Assembly (NCBI RefSeq): GCF_006345805.1
Contig: NC_043000.1
Span: forward strand, 71,796,001-71,860,000
DNA from: Octopus sinensis
Taxonomy: Eukaryota
Length of the DNA: 64,000 nucleotides
Direction of reading: 5' to 3'
Translations under genes and position numbers: made by a program
Shown: in pieces, positions 50,546 to 63,589 of the stretch
Numbering within the stretch: the stretch's first letter is position 1
Layout: each line of letters opens with the position of its first letter
Notes under the pieces: generated by a model
Seen by the model: the letters and a program-made list of their open reading frames with translations, nothing else
Database searches by the model: none
Told to the model about the DNA's origin: nothing

Positions 50546-53500
50546 ACATGGCAAATCTTAGAATCGGTTGCTGAATGTGAGAGGCCTCGGGTCACCTTGG
50601 AAACAGGGTCACCTGTTAAACGACCTGAGGTTTCATGATGTGGATTAGCAGCCATCAGTGAAACCAGGCTCTCCGACCCGCAGGAACTCGCAGCCCTTTT
50701 CGGCGGATACGAGATATTTCTATCTCCGTGTCGGCCGGGAGCGGGCGGTGGTGGTACTGCGGTGTTGTTTCGGAAGGGCCTGGACCTGAAAATAAGGACA
50801 GTCTTCTTGGATCCGGAAGGTAAGTTGGTGGTCCTCGACGTGGACGGTAGTGACGGCGGTGCTTTCAGACTGCTGGCTGCCTACGCTCCGACAGGAGCAG
50901 GGCAGTCGGATTATTTCAAACGTCTGGAAGTTTTCCTGGAACGTCACGCACTCTAGTACTAGTTGGGGATTGGAACGCTGTCTTAGACGAACGTTTCGAT
51001 CGGGTGGGCAGGGGAGCGTCTGATAGGAGAGGGGGAGGGTGCAAGAGCCTCGCGCCAACCTACTCGGCCGCTTTCAGCTGTCCGACAGGTTTCGACTAGA
51101 CAACCCGAATGTGCCAATGTGGACTTGGACAAACCGCATCGGGTCGTCTAGATCGTACTTAGATAGAGTGTTTTGTAGGCCAGCGGATAAGGACAGCGTA
51201 GGGTGTCCACAATTCCACCTAGTCGAATATACGGACCACAAATTAGTGATCTGTACGGTCGACTTAGATAGGCTACATGGACGGGACCCGGCTACTGGAA
51301 GCTGAACGCGTCGTTAACGGCGTGCAAAGCTTACAGAGACCGGATTAGTTTACTAGTTAAGCGGGCGCTCACGGGGGCAATCATCAACAACAACTGGTGG
51401 TTTGCCCTCAAGAGAGCAATTAGAGTAGAGTCGATTAGGTATAGTAAGACTCTAGCTATTGAACGTAGTAAGAGAGAGCGGGATTTAGTTAAGAACTAGA
51501 CGAGGCTCTTGACACTGGCATCGCGACCGACGTGTTGGCGGCAAGGTTGGCCCTCGACCAACACTTCGACGCCAAACAAGGCTGCGTTGTCAGAGCTAAG
51601 GCACGTTCGCTAAGCGGGGAGGGGACTAGAGCCGCTCGATGGGCCCGCGTGGCGGAGGCGAAGCGAGGCAACAGAGCAACCATTCGGTCTTTGGTGGACC
51701 AGAACGGGCGCGAGGTTACCCAACCGAAGCAGATGTGTACGGTGCTTCAGCGGCACTTTGCTCAACTGTTTGGGACGAGCGGTGGAACGGGCACCAACGG
51801 TACAGACTTCGGTGTGTACCTGGACGGACTGCCGCAACTCTCGGACAGCGAGGCAGAGTGCTGCGAAGGACCGATATCTGCCTGGGAAGTACAGGAAGCG
51901 ATGAGAGTTGCACGAGAGGTAGATCGCCGGTTTGGATGGTCTGCCCTACGAGCTTTACTTTTCAATGCCAGACTTGTTTGCGGACCTGTTGGCAAACGTC
52001 TACTGCAACTGGCAGCAAAACGGAGAATTCCTGCTTTTGTCTGTCGAGGGGTGTGGCTTTGCTAAAGAAGGACCCAAACAAGGGGGACGTTATAGGGAAT
52101 TTCCGGCCCATCACTCTGCTCAATGCAGAGTTGAAGATTTTGGCCAAGGTGCTAGCCAAGAGATTGGCGCTTGTCGTGGACAAGCTGGTCGGCGGGACGC
52201 AGACATGCGCCGTGCCGACCAGGTCGATACACGACAACCTCCATCTCATGCGCTACATCATAGAGAGGGTGGGTAACGACGCTGGCGCGGGTGGGGCTTT
52301 GATCAACTTGGATCAGAGTAAAGCCTTCGATAGGGTCGACCATCGGTACCTGGCAGCTGTCCTCAGGGCAGCCGGCTTCGGTCCAGTCTTCCGCGGGTCG
52401 ATCGCTGCTTTATGCAGCAACATCTGCTCGGTGATACGGGTGAACGGTCACCTTTCGGAACCGTTCGACATCTCGCGTTCGGTCCGCCAAGGATGCCCTC
52501 TCTCCTCCCTCTTGTACATTTTGACTCTCGAGCCATTACTGCGCAAGTTGGAGGCTTTGAGGGGCATCCCGCGCGATCTAGGAGGCGGAAACAGCGTGTC
52601 TGCTTATGCCGACGACGTCACCGTGGTGGTGTCGAGCCACAGGCACATTGGCCTGATTGGCGAGACGCTAAACCAGTACGAAGCGGTGACAGGGGCAAAG
52701 ATTAACGCGGAAAAGTCTGTGGGCTTGCAACTGGGCACCTGGAGAGGCAAGCCCATGCCGTCCAACAGCGTCGTAGGGCGCTGGACAGACGGACCCGTTA
52801 AACTGCTCGGGGTCTGGTTCGGTCCGGACCTCCAGGTGGATAAGAACTGGGAAGATGTGACGAGCAGGGTGGCACGTCTCACCCAGAAATGGGCCGAGAG
52901 GAAGCTGTCCCTGAAAGGTCGAGCGGAGGTGGCGAATGCGTACATCGCATCCGTCATCTATTACCGCTTGACCGTCGTCCCTTGTCCGACCGCTGGTTGG
53001 CCAAGCTGGTACGCCTGCTCTTCGACTTTTTGTGGAAGGGTCAGGTGCCACTGGTCAGGCGATCCATCTGCTGTCAACGACCGCTGAACGGAGGCCTTGG
53101 AATGCCGTGGTTGCTCTTGCGCAGACATGCGCTCAGGCTGCGGCATCTCAAGCGCTTCCTAGACGGTGAACAGGTGTGGTCGTCTTTCGTCAGACGCGAT
53201 TTTCCGCAGCTCGTCTCTTTGACGGAGCTGCAGACCTGGATCAAACGTAGACCGAGAAAGGGCGCTTGGCACCTCGAGTGCCGTCAAGCCCTCTCCGCCC
53301 TCCACCAGGCGGGCAATGCGGTCGGTTACAGCTCCACTCTAGCGTTCTATAGAGGGTTAGTGGAGGAAAAATGCGACGACGTTCTCGGGGAAACTCTAGG
53401 CGTTGAAGATGACGAACTGTGCGGTCTGTTCGGGAGGACTTTCGGGCCGGGGCCGATGGATAATTTCCAGAGGTCTCTCGCTTGGCAGTGCTACCGAGGG

Positions 53501-54252
53501 GCTCTGCCTGTTCGAGATAAACTCTACCGGCACGGAAGTGCCGTCAGCCGGGCCTGCCCGAGGTGTTGCCAGGACGATGAAACCGTTCTGCACGCACTCG
53601 TTCAGTGCCCGAGTATTGCTGAAATATGGGTTTATGTCGAACAGCTACTGTCACGTGTAGGACGGATCCGACTATCGGCCGAGTCCATAGTGAAGATTGC
53701 CCCGCCGACCTCCTTTAACAAGGAGGGCGAGGCCGTTTTCTTGTGCCTTGTGGCTGTGGCGAAAGAGGTCGTGTGGTTGGCTCGTTTGAAAGGGCTAAAG
53801 ACAGACACTTTCCTCTTTGGTCAAGGCCTCATCAACTTTTTCAAGTTTCACTTGAAAAGGAAGATGAGGTTAGAGAGGAAAGTGCTGTCCGATAGCAAGT
53901 TTTATGAAAGGTGGGTGAATTGTGCGAGACTGGCCTGTATAAATGGACCAGTTCTCAGGTTTCGCCTGTGATTTCAAAGAAAAAGGTAATGTAAAAGGAG
54001 AAGAAAAGGGACTCTCTACACCCCCTTTTTTTGACCAGGCTCCCGTTGGCTTTTGTAGGGTTTTTTTCCACCAGGAACCTTTCGAGACGTCTCCCCCTTT
54101 TGGGAGTTTTTCATTGTTTTAATAATCATTGTTTTAAAGTTTTTTACACGGATTCTTTAACAAACGGACAAAACCCTTTGTAACCTTTCGTCCTGTCTTG
54201 TCCCTTTATGTAATCATGCGTGTCAGCCCTTGTGGCCAATAAAAAAGAATTG
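50544..54252 (+). mobile_element. Tx1 family B copy 1 (ORF2 plus 3' UTR; ORF2 at 50548-53971 with 1-bp frameshifts)
   Basis: Starts 4 nt before the ORF2 ATG and carries APE, RT and CCHC motifs. Ends GGCCAATAAAAAAGAATTG then (ATT)3. Confidence 0.93.
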
Positions 54253-54492
54253 ATTATTATTCCTTCCGACGCCGATGGACGTACGTGAATCAGCTCCGTG
54301 AATTTGACACCAATTTCATTGGAAATCTATTGTTAGGTTTGAATATTTTTTAATATTTTTGTAGCCAAACCGACCGGCTTCTGGCGGAGCTCGTCGGTTG
54401 GGCGAAATTTTGCCCCATTCGGGGTGAAATTACGTTTGAAAATTTTGAACATTTGACATTTTTCAACATTTTGAATATTACAAAAAAAAAAC

Positions 54493-55511
54493 ATGGCTAT
54501 GAAGCGAACAGTTGGCTGTTCCTTCCTTCAAGATACACTCCCTCCGCAAACACACAAATCGTACAAAACACCCACTTCACGCCTAAAAGGCAACAAAGAT
54601 TCTCCTTCCGAACCGCAGAGCACGAGCTCCGTTCAAAAGGAGAATGCAAGCCAGGACGTCGCGTTCGACGTAATTCTCGATTTTCCCCCTCTGCCTTCAC
54701 CTAATGCTTTGGTACGGAAGGAGGAGGAAAAAAAACAAATACAAAAATCATCACAAACATTGACACGGAGATAAAAAAAAAAAAACTTCCAACAATTTGC
54801 TTCTGCTGCGAAGCAAATTTCGGAGGAAGTTAAGATAACTCTAGAAGATGTGAAAAGAGCGAAGGAATTGTTAAGGAAGGATGGCAATGGTATCTTCCTC
54901 AATACTCCACAAGAGGTGATTGAAAGCACCAACAAGCAAACAATAATTACAAAGTTTTCGACAGAAAACTAAAAAAATAACAAATGCCACACCCCAACAG
55001 TTGGAGATAGCTCTAAAGCCCATTTGGGCCCAAAAGAGCTACGTAACCAAGGGGAAGCGTTTTGGAACCGTGGAGGTTCGCTTCCCAACAGAGGAGCTTG
55101 CAAGGGCGAACGCCATTTCGCCCTTGCAAACTGAGAATTTGTTACTAATTCCGACCCACCTCGGGCGAAGAGTAACAAAAATAAAAATCGACCTCGTCCC
55201 CCCTGAGCTAAATATGTCATGGCTGGTGGCAGCTGTCCTCTATGATATAGAGGACACTACCACCATTCTAGATGTCAGGAGAGTGAGGGCGAAAAACTGG
55301 TTGGGGATGGGAGTGCTGCTTCTTGCGCAAATTCAGCAAGAGAATATAAGTAAAGTCCCTGATTTCGTAAGTTTGCCGGACGGCACCAGGCTAAACGTTG
55401 CTGTGGAGGGGCGAAAGCCAAAATGTTTTCTCTGCAGCAGCGAAAGCCACTTAAAGAGGGACTGCCCCATTCACAAAAAGAGGATGGAGGCTTTCAGCAA
55501 GAGGCAGCAGC

Positions 55512-55569
<58 letters not shown>

Positions 55570-56374
55570 CAAGCAACAACAAAAACAGCAAGAAACACCA
55601 AAGGCTGCCACACCACCAACACCATCACCAACACCAGCACCAAGACGAACAACACCACCTCCAACAACAACAACCACCCAAACCAACACCGACAACACCA
55701 GCAAAACAACACCGACACCAGTACCTCGAAGGTCGACAGCAGCGACATCAACAGTAACAGGAGCAGCGGCACCACCGATACCGGCGGAACCAAAAACTTT
55801 TCGTCCTGCTACTGAAGCAGACCCCTCAACCATTCCTTTGCCGGATGAAGAGATCTCGGATTGTGCGAGCTCTGATTCCAACAAAGGAGAATGGAACATA
55901 GTACCTCCAAAAAAGAAAAGGAGGAAAAAACAAAAAGATTTACAGGGGAAGCACGAACAAACAGTACTTCCCAACATCAACAACAACATCAACAACAACA
56001 CACACTCACAACAACAAACAACAACAACACTTTCGACACCACTACTGCCACTACCACAGACACAAACAAACACAGACACAATTACAGACACGATTACAGC
56101 AGTGAATACAAGAAACCAGGAACTGGTTGAGTATTTGAAAAACAAAACAAGCACAAACATTACAGATTTCATAATACCTACACACAACACACCACCAGCA
56201 CACATTCTCACAATAAAAATAAACAAAACAGTTTACAACGAAATAAAACAAATATTCCCTAACGATGTGGGATCGTTAGGGAAAAGTTTCTCTCAGAAAC
56301 TTTACAAAAATATTATTGAAGCACCCGTGCAAAAGCACAAGGGAGCCACCCCCACCACCAACAACAGTAAGTAG
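54493..56374 (+). CDS. Tx1-B ORF1 (RRM-like region, CCHC knuckle, polyGln, Thr/Pro linker); N-terminal part frameshifted
   Basis: 55001-56374 is open (457 aa): GTVEVRFPTEELA, LGRRVTKIKID, CFLCSSESHLKRDC and a (CAA)n polyQ. Upstream piece 54493-54774 has DFPPLPSP, homologous to family A. Confidence 0.8.
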
Positions 56375-56418
56375 AGCCTTTTTTTCTCCTTTTTTTTTTC
56401 TCCCCTAACTTTTGAAAC

Positions 56419-58450
56419 ATGGCAAATCTTAGAATCGGTTGATGGAATGGGAGAGGCCTCGGGTCACCTTGGAAACAGGGTCACCTGTTAAACGACCTGA
56501 GGTTTCATGATGTGGATGTAGCAGCCATCAGTGAAACCAGGCTCTCCGACCCGCAGGAACTCGCAGCCCTTTTCGGCGGATACGAGATATTTCTATCTCC
56601 GTGTCGGCCGGGAGCGGGCGGTGGTGGTACTGCGGTGTTGTTTCGGAAGGGCCTGGACCTGAAAATAAGGACAGTCTTCTTGGATCCGGAAGGTAAGTTG
56701 GTGGTCCTCGACGTGGACGGTAGTGACGGCGGTGCTTTCAGACTGCTGGCTGCCTACGCTCCGACAGGAGCAGGGCAGTCGGATTATTTCAAACGTCTGG
56801 AAGTTTTCCTGGGAACGTCACGCACTCTAGTACTAGTTGGGGATTGGAACGCTGTCTTAGACGAACGTTTCGATCGGGTGGGCAGGGGAGCGTCTGATAG
56901 GAGAGGGGGAGGGTGCAAGAGCCTCGCCAACCTACTCGGCCGCTTTCAGCTGTCCGACAGGTTTCGACTAGACAACCCGAATGTGCCAATGTGGACTTGG
57001 ACAAACCGCATCGGGTCGTCTAGATCGTACTTAGATAGAGTGTTTTGTAGGCCAGCGGATAAGGACAGCGTAGGGTGTCCACAATTCCACCTAGTCGAAT
57101 ATACGGACCACAAATTAGTGATCTGTACGGTCGACTTAGATAGGCTACATGGACAGGGACCCGGCTACTGGAAGCTGAACGCGTCGTTAACGGCGTGCAA
57201 AGCTTACAGAGACCGGATTAGTTTACTAGTTAAGCGGGCGCTCACGGGGGCAATCATCAACAACAACTGGTGGTTTGCCCTCAAGAGAGCAATTAGAGTA
57301 GAGTCGATTAGGTATAGTAAGACTCTAGCTATTGAACGTAGTAAGAGAGAGCGGGATTTAGTTAAGAAACTAGACGAGGCTCTTGACACTGGCATCGCGA
57401 CCGACGTGTTGGCGGCAAGGTTGGCCCTCGACCAACACTTCGACGCCAAACACGAAGGCTGCGTTGTCAGAGCTAAGGCACGTTCGCTAAGCGGGGAGGG
57501 GACTAGAGCCGCTCGATGGGCCCGCGTGGCGGAGGCGAAGCGAGGCAACAGAGCAACCATTCGGTCTTTGGTGGACCAGAACGGGCGCGAGGTTACCCAA
57601 CCGAAGCAGATGTGTACGGTGCTTCAGCGGCACTTTGCTCAACTGTTTGGGACGAGCGGTGGAACGGACACCAACGGTACAGACTTCGGTGTGTACCTGG
57701 ACGGACTGCCGCAACTCTCGGACAGCGAGGCAGAGTGCTGCGAAGGACCGATATCTGCCTGGGAAGTACAGGAAGCGATGAAGAGTTGCACGAGAGGTAG
57801 ATCGCCGGGTTTGGATGGTCTGCCCTACGAGCTTTACTTTTCAATGCCAGACTTGTTTGCGGACCTGTTGGCAAACGTCTACTGCAACTGGCAGCAAAAC
57901 GGAGAATTCCTGCTTTTGTCTGTCGAGGGGTGGTGGCTTTGCTAAAGAAGGACCCAAACAAGGGGGACGTTATAGGGAATTTCCGGCCCATCACTCTGCT
58001 CAATGCAGAGTTGAAGATTTTGGCCAAGGTGCTAGCCAAGAGATTGGCGCTTGTCGTGGACAAGCTGGTCGGCGGGACGCAGACATGCGCCGTGCCGACC
58101 AGGTCGATACACGACAACCTCCATCTCATGCGCTACATCATAGAGAGGGTGGGTAACGACGCTGGCGCGGGTGGGGCTTTGATCAACTTGGATCAGAGTA
58201 AAGCCTTCGATAGGGTCGACCATCGGTACCTGGCAGCTGTCCTCAAGGCAGCCGGTTTCGGTCCAGTCTTCCGCGGGTGGATCGCTGCTTTATACAGCAA
58301 CATCTGCTCGGTGATACGGGTGAACGGTCACCTTTCGGAACCGTTCGACATCTCGCGTTCGGTCCGCCAAGGATGCCCTCTCTCCTCCCTCTTGTACATT
58401 TTGACTCTCGAGCCATTACTGCGCAAGTTGGAGGTTTTGAGGGGCATCCC
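56419..58450 (+). pseudogene. Tx1-B ORF2 first copy (APE plus N-half of RT), cut at the duplication junction
   Basis: AAISET, GDWNAV, SYLDRV, TDHK, KAFDRV and RQGCPLS; ends LRGIP. Confidence 0.9.
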
Positions 58451-59026
58451 TTTGCCGGATGAAGAGATCTCGGATTGTGCGAGCTCTGATTCCAACAAAG
58501 GAGAATGGAACATAGTGCCTCCAAAAAAGAAAAGGAGGAAAAAACAAAAAGATTTACAGGGGAAACACGAACAAATAGTACTTCCCAACATCAACAACAA
58601 CATCAATAACAACACACACTCACAACAACAAACAACAACAACAACACTTTCGACACCACTACTGCCACTACCACAGACACAAACAAACACAAACACAATT
58701 ACAGACACGATTACAGCAGTGAATACAAGAAACCAGGAACTGGTTGAGTATTTAAAAAAAAACAAGCACAAACATTACAGATTTCATAATACCTACACAC
58801 AACACACCACCAGCACACATTCTCACAATAAAAATAACAAAACAGTTTACAACGAAATAAAACAAATATTCCCTAACGATGTGGATCGTTAGGGAAAAGT
58901 TTCTCTCAGAAACTTTACAAAAATATTATTGAAGCACCCGTGCAAAAGCACAAGGGAGCCACCCCCACCACCAACAACAGTAAGTAGAGCCTTTTTTCTC
59001 CTCTTTTTTCCCCTAACTTTTGAAAC

Positions 59027-62000
59027 ATGGCAAATCTTAGAATCGGTTGCTTGAATGTGAGAGGCCTCGGGTCACCTTGGAAACAGGGTCACCTGTTAAA
59101 CGACCTGAGGTTTCATGATGTGGATGTAGCAGCCATCAGTGAAACCAGGCTCTCCCACCCGCAGGAACTCGCAGCCCTTTTCGGCGGATACGAGATATTT
59201 CTATCTCCGTGTCGGCCGGGAGCGGGCGGTGGTGGTACTGCGGTGTTGTTTCGGAAGGGCCTGGACCTGAAAATAAGGACAGTCTTCTTGGATCCGGAAG
59301 GTAAGTTGGTGGTCCTCGACGTGGACGGTAGTGACGGCGGTGCTTTCAGACTGCTGGCTGCCTACGCTCCGACAGGAGCAGGGCAGTCGGATTATTTCAA
59401 ACGTCTGGAAGTTTTCCTGGGAACGTCACGCACTCTAGTACTAGTTGGGATTGGAACGCTGTCTTAGACGAACGTTTCGATCGGGTGGGCAGGGGAGCGT
59501 CTGATAGGAGAGGGGGAGGGTGCAAGAGCCTCGCCAACCTACTCGGCCGCTTTCAGCTGTCCGACAGGTTTCGACTAGACAACCCGAATGTGCCAATGTG
59601 GACTTGGACAAACCGCATCGGGTCGTCTAGATCGTACTTAGATAGAGTGTTTTGTAGGCCAGCGGATAAGGACAGCGTAGGGTGTCCACAATTCCACCTA
59701 GTCGAATATACGGACCACAAATTAGTGATCTGTACGGTCGACTTAGATAGGCTACATAGACAGGGATCCGGCTACTGGAAGCTGAACGCGTCGTTAACGG
59801 CGTGCAAAGCTTACAGAGACCGGATTAGTTTACTAGTTAAGCGGGCGCTCACGGGGGCAATCATCAACAACAACTGGTGGTTTGCCCTCAAGAGAGCAAT
59901 TAGAGTAGAGTCGATTAGGTATAGTAAGACTCTAGCTATTGAACGTAGGAAGAGAGAGCGGGATTTAGTTAAGAAACTAGACGAGGCTCTTGACACTGGC
60001 ATCGCGACCGACGTGTTGGCGGCAAGGTTGGCCCTCGACCAACACTTCGACGCCAAACACGAAGGCTGCGTTGTCAGAGCTAAGGCACGTTCGCTAAGCG
60101 GGGAGGGGACTAGAGCCGCTCGATGGCCCGCGTGGCGGAGGCGAAGCGAGGCAACAGAGCAACCATTCGGTCTTTGGTGGACCAGAACGGGCGCGAGGTT
60201 ACCCAACCGAAGCAGATGTGTACGGTGCTTCAGCGGCACTTTGCTCAACTGTTTGGGACGAGCGGTGGAACGGACACACAACGGTACAGACTTCGGTGTG
60301 TACCTGGACGGACTGCCGCAACTCTCGGACAGCGAGGCAGAGTGCTGCGAAGGACCGATATCTGCCTGGGAAGTACAGGAAGCGATGAAGAGTTGCACGA
60401 GAGGTAGATCGCCGGGTTTGGATGGTCTGCCCTACGAGCTTTACTTTTCAATGCCAGACTTGTTTGCGGACCTGTTGGCAAACGTCTACTGCAACTGGCA
60501 GCAAAACGGGAGAATTCCTGCTTTTGTCTGTCGAGGGGTGGTGGCTTTGCTAAAGAAGGACCCAAACAAGGGGGACGTTATAGGGAATTTCCGGCCCATC
60601 ACTCTGCTCAATGCAGAGTTGAAGATTTTGGCCAAGGTGCTAGCCAAGAGATTGGCGCTTGTCGTGGACAAGCTGGTCGGCGGGACGCAGACATGCCCCG
60701 TGCCGACCAGGTCGATACACGACACCTCCATCTCATGCGCTACATCATAGAGAGGGTGGGTAACGACGCTGGCGCGGGTGGGGCTTTGATCAACTTGGAT
60801 CAGAGTAAAGCCTTCGATAGGGTCGACCATCGGTACCTGGCAGCTGTTCTCAGGGCAGCCGGCTTCGGTCCAGTCTTCCGCGGGTGGATCGCTGCTTTAT
60901 ACAGCAACATCTGCTCAGTGATACGGGTGAACGGTCACCTTTCGGAACCGTTCGACATCTCGCGTTCGGTCCGCCAAGGATGCCCTCTCTCCTCCCTCTT
61001 GTACATTTTGACTCTCGAGCCATTACTGCGCAAGTTGGAGGTTTTGAGGGGTATCCCGCGCGATCTAGGAGGCGGAAACAGCGTGTCTGCTTATGCCGAC
61101 GACGTCACCGTGGTGGTGTCGAGCCACAGGCACATTGGCCTGATTGGCGATACGCTAAACCAGTACGAAGCGGTGACAGGGGCAAAGATTAACGCGGAAA
61201 AGTCTGTGGGCTTGCAACTGGGCACCTGGAGAGGCAAGCCCATGCCGTCCAACAGCGTCGTAGGGCGCTGGACAGACGGACCCGTTAAACTGCTCGGGGT
61301 CTGGTTCGGTCCGGACCTCCAGGTGGATAAGAACTGGGAAGAGGTGACGAGCAGGGTGGCATGTCTCACCCAGAAATGGGCCGAGAGGAAGCTGTCCCTG
61401 AAAGGTCGAGCGGAGGTGGCGAATGCGTACATCGCATCCGTCATCTATTACCGCTTGACCGTCGCCCCTTGTCCAGACCGCTGGTTGGCCAAGCTGGTAC
61501 GTCTGCTCTTCGACTTTTTGTGGAAGGGTCAGGTGCCACTGGTCAGGCGATCCATCTGCTGTCAACGACCGCTGAACGGAGGCCTTGGAATGCCGTGGTT
61601 ACTGTTGCGCAGACATGCGCTCAGGCTGCGGCATCTCAAGCGCTTCCTAGACGGTGAACAGGTGTGGTCGTCTTTTGTCAGACGCGATTTTCCGCAGCTC
61701 GTCTCTTTGACGGAACTGCAGACCTGGATCAAACGTAGACCGAGAAAGGGCGCTTGGCACCTCGAGTGCCGTCAAGCCCTCTCCGCCCTCCGCCAGGCGG
61801 GCAATGCGGTCGGTTACAGCTCCACTCTAGCGTTCTATAGAGGGTTAGTGGAGGAAAAATGCGACGACGTTCTCGGGGAAACTCTAGGCGTTGAAGATGA
61901 CGAACTGTGCGGTCTGTTCGGGAGGACTTTCGGGCCGGGGCCGATGGATAATTTCCAGAGGTCTCTCGCTTGGCAGTGCTACCGAGGGGCTCTGCCTGTT

Positions 62001-62458
62001 CGAGATAAACTCTACCGGCACGGAAGTGCCGTCAGCCGGGCCTGCCCGAGGTGTTGCCAGGACGACGAAACCGTTCTGCACGCACTCGTTCAGTGCCCGA
62101 GTATTGCTGAAATATGGGTTTATGTCGAACAGCTACTGTCACGTGTGGGACGGATCCGACTATCGGCCGAATCCATAGTGAAGATTGCCCCGCCGACCTC
62201 CTTTAACAAGGAGGGCGAGGCCGTTTTCTTGTGCCTAGTGGCTGTGGCGAAAGAGGTCGTGTGGTGGACTCGTTTGAAAGGGCTAAAGACAGACACTTTC
62301 CTCTTTGGTCAAGGCCTCATCAACTTTTTCAAGTTTCACTTGAAAAGGAAGATGAGGTTAGAGAGGAAAGTGCTGTCCGATAGCAAGTTTTATGAAAGGT
62401 GGTGAATTGTGCGAGACTAGCCTGTATAAATGGACCAGTTCTCAGGTTTCGCCTGTGA
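59027..62458 (+). CDS. Tx1-B ORF2 second copy (APE-RT-CCHC), complete except for a few 1-bp indels
   Basis: ORF pieces 59027-59467, 59485-60750 and 60693-62405 tile the full protein; TGA at 62456-62458. Confidence 0.85.
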
Positions 62459-62950
62459 TTTCAAAGAAAAAGGTAATGTAAAAGGAGAAGAAAGGGGACT
62501 CTCTACACCCCCTTTTTTTGACCAGGCTCCCGTTGGCTTTTGTAGGGTTTTTTCCACCAGGAACCTTTCGAAACGTCTCCCCCTTTTGGGAGTTTTTCAT
62601 TGTTGAATTTTATAAGTTGTTATAAAGATTTTTACTCGATGTTTTTTAAAAAAAACGGCAAAACCCTTTGTAACCTTTCGTCCTGTCTTGTCCCTTTATG
62701 TAATCATGCGTGTCAGCCCTTGTGGCCAATAAAAAAGAATTGATTATTATTATTATTACCCTGCGCGTGTAAGCGAAAACAGTGTATTGTAATCGCTCGT
62801 CTTTTTGTGTTTGCAAAATTACTGGAAAACGGCTGAATGGATTTTCACTACATTTGGCAGAAATACTCATTGAGTGAGTGGCTCGAAATGATGAACATTT
62901 GGTTTGATTACCTTAAAAAACAACAACAAAAAAAACAAAACAAAAAAAAA

Positions 62951-63420
62951 CGAACTTACAAATTTCCCGATAAGCAAGTGGTCATATTTTGTTCAATTTT
63001 TTTTCTATGAATCGACTCTCGTTGGCGTGTGTACAGTGATGGATTCGAAGGTTTCATTTATTTACGAGTTGATTTCTTAACTTCACCGGAGTATAAATAC
63101 CTATAATGGTCATACTTAAAAAATATAAATCGAATTTACAAATTTCCCGATAAGCAGGTGGTCATATTATTTTCTTCACTTTCTTTTAAATATGAATTGA
63201 CCCTCATCTGCGTGTTTATAGATCATGGTGTACCTATGCGTGTAGACGCGTGTGCGCACTTACATATAATACATACATGTGCGACTGTGTGTGTGTACGT
63301 GTGCGTGTGCGTGTGTTTATGTGTGTACACTGATGGATTCGAGGGTTTCGTTTATTTACGAGTTGATTTCTTAATTTCACCGGTTTATAAATATCTATAA
63401 TGGCAATACTTAAAAAAAAA
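62951..63420. repeat. Two-copy imperfect tandem repeat (about 180-bp unit; second copy with an insertion)
   Basis: TTACAAATTTCCCGATAAGCA(A/G)GTGGTCATATT and GATGGATTCGA...TTTACGAGTTGATTTCTTAA each occur twice. Confidence 0.8.
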
Positions 63421-63589
63421 ATAAGTCAGTTCAATTAAAATGCATGGGTAAGCAACGCATTGTAAGCCACACTATATTTTGCAGAAAAATTTATCTGCGA
63501 GCAGGGATGTATCGTTCCTCCGATGCCTTTTCTTTTTCCTCCTCCTCATCATCATCACCACCATCATTACCACCACCACCATCACCACC

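Larger units (their letters stand above)
54262..62742 (+). mobile_element. Tx1 family B copy 2 (apparently full length) with a 2.6-kb internal tandem duplication
   Basis: 5' UTR, ORF1, partial ORF2, a jump back into ORF1 at 58451, then a complete ORF2 and 3' UTR, ending in (ATT)5A. Confidence 0.92.

Noticed and set aside
56367-56432. GTAAGT donor, pyrimidine tract, CTAAC and AG at the Tx1-B ORF1/ORF2 boundary, suggesting a spliced ORF1-ORF2 fusion
   Set aside because: The donor is phase 1 but the first AG lands on the third base of an ORF2 codon, so the product is out of frame. The pyrimidine tract also lies before, not after, the branch-like site.
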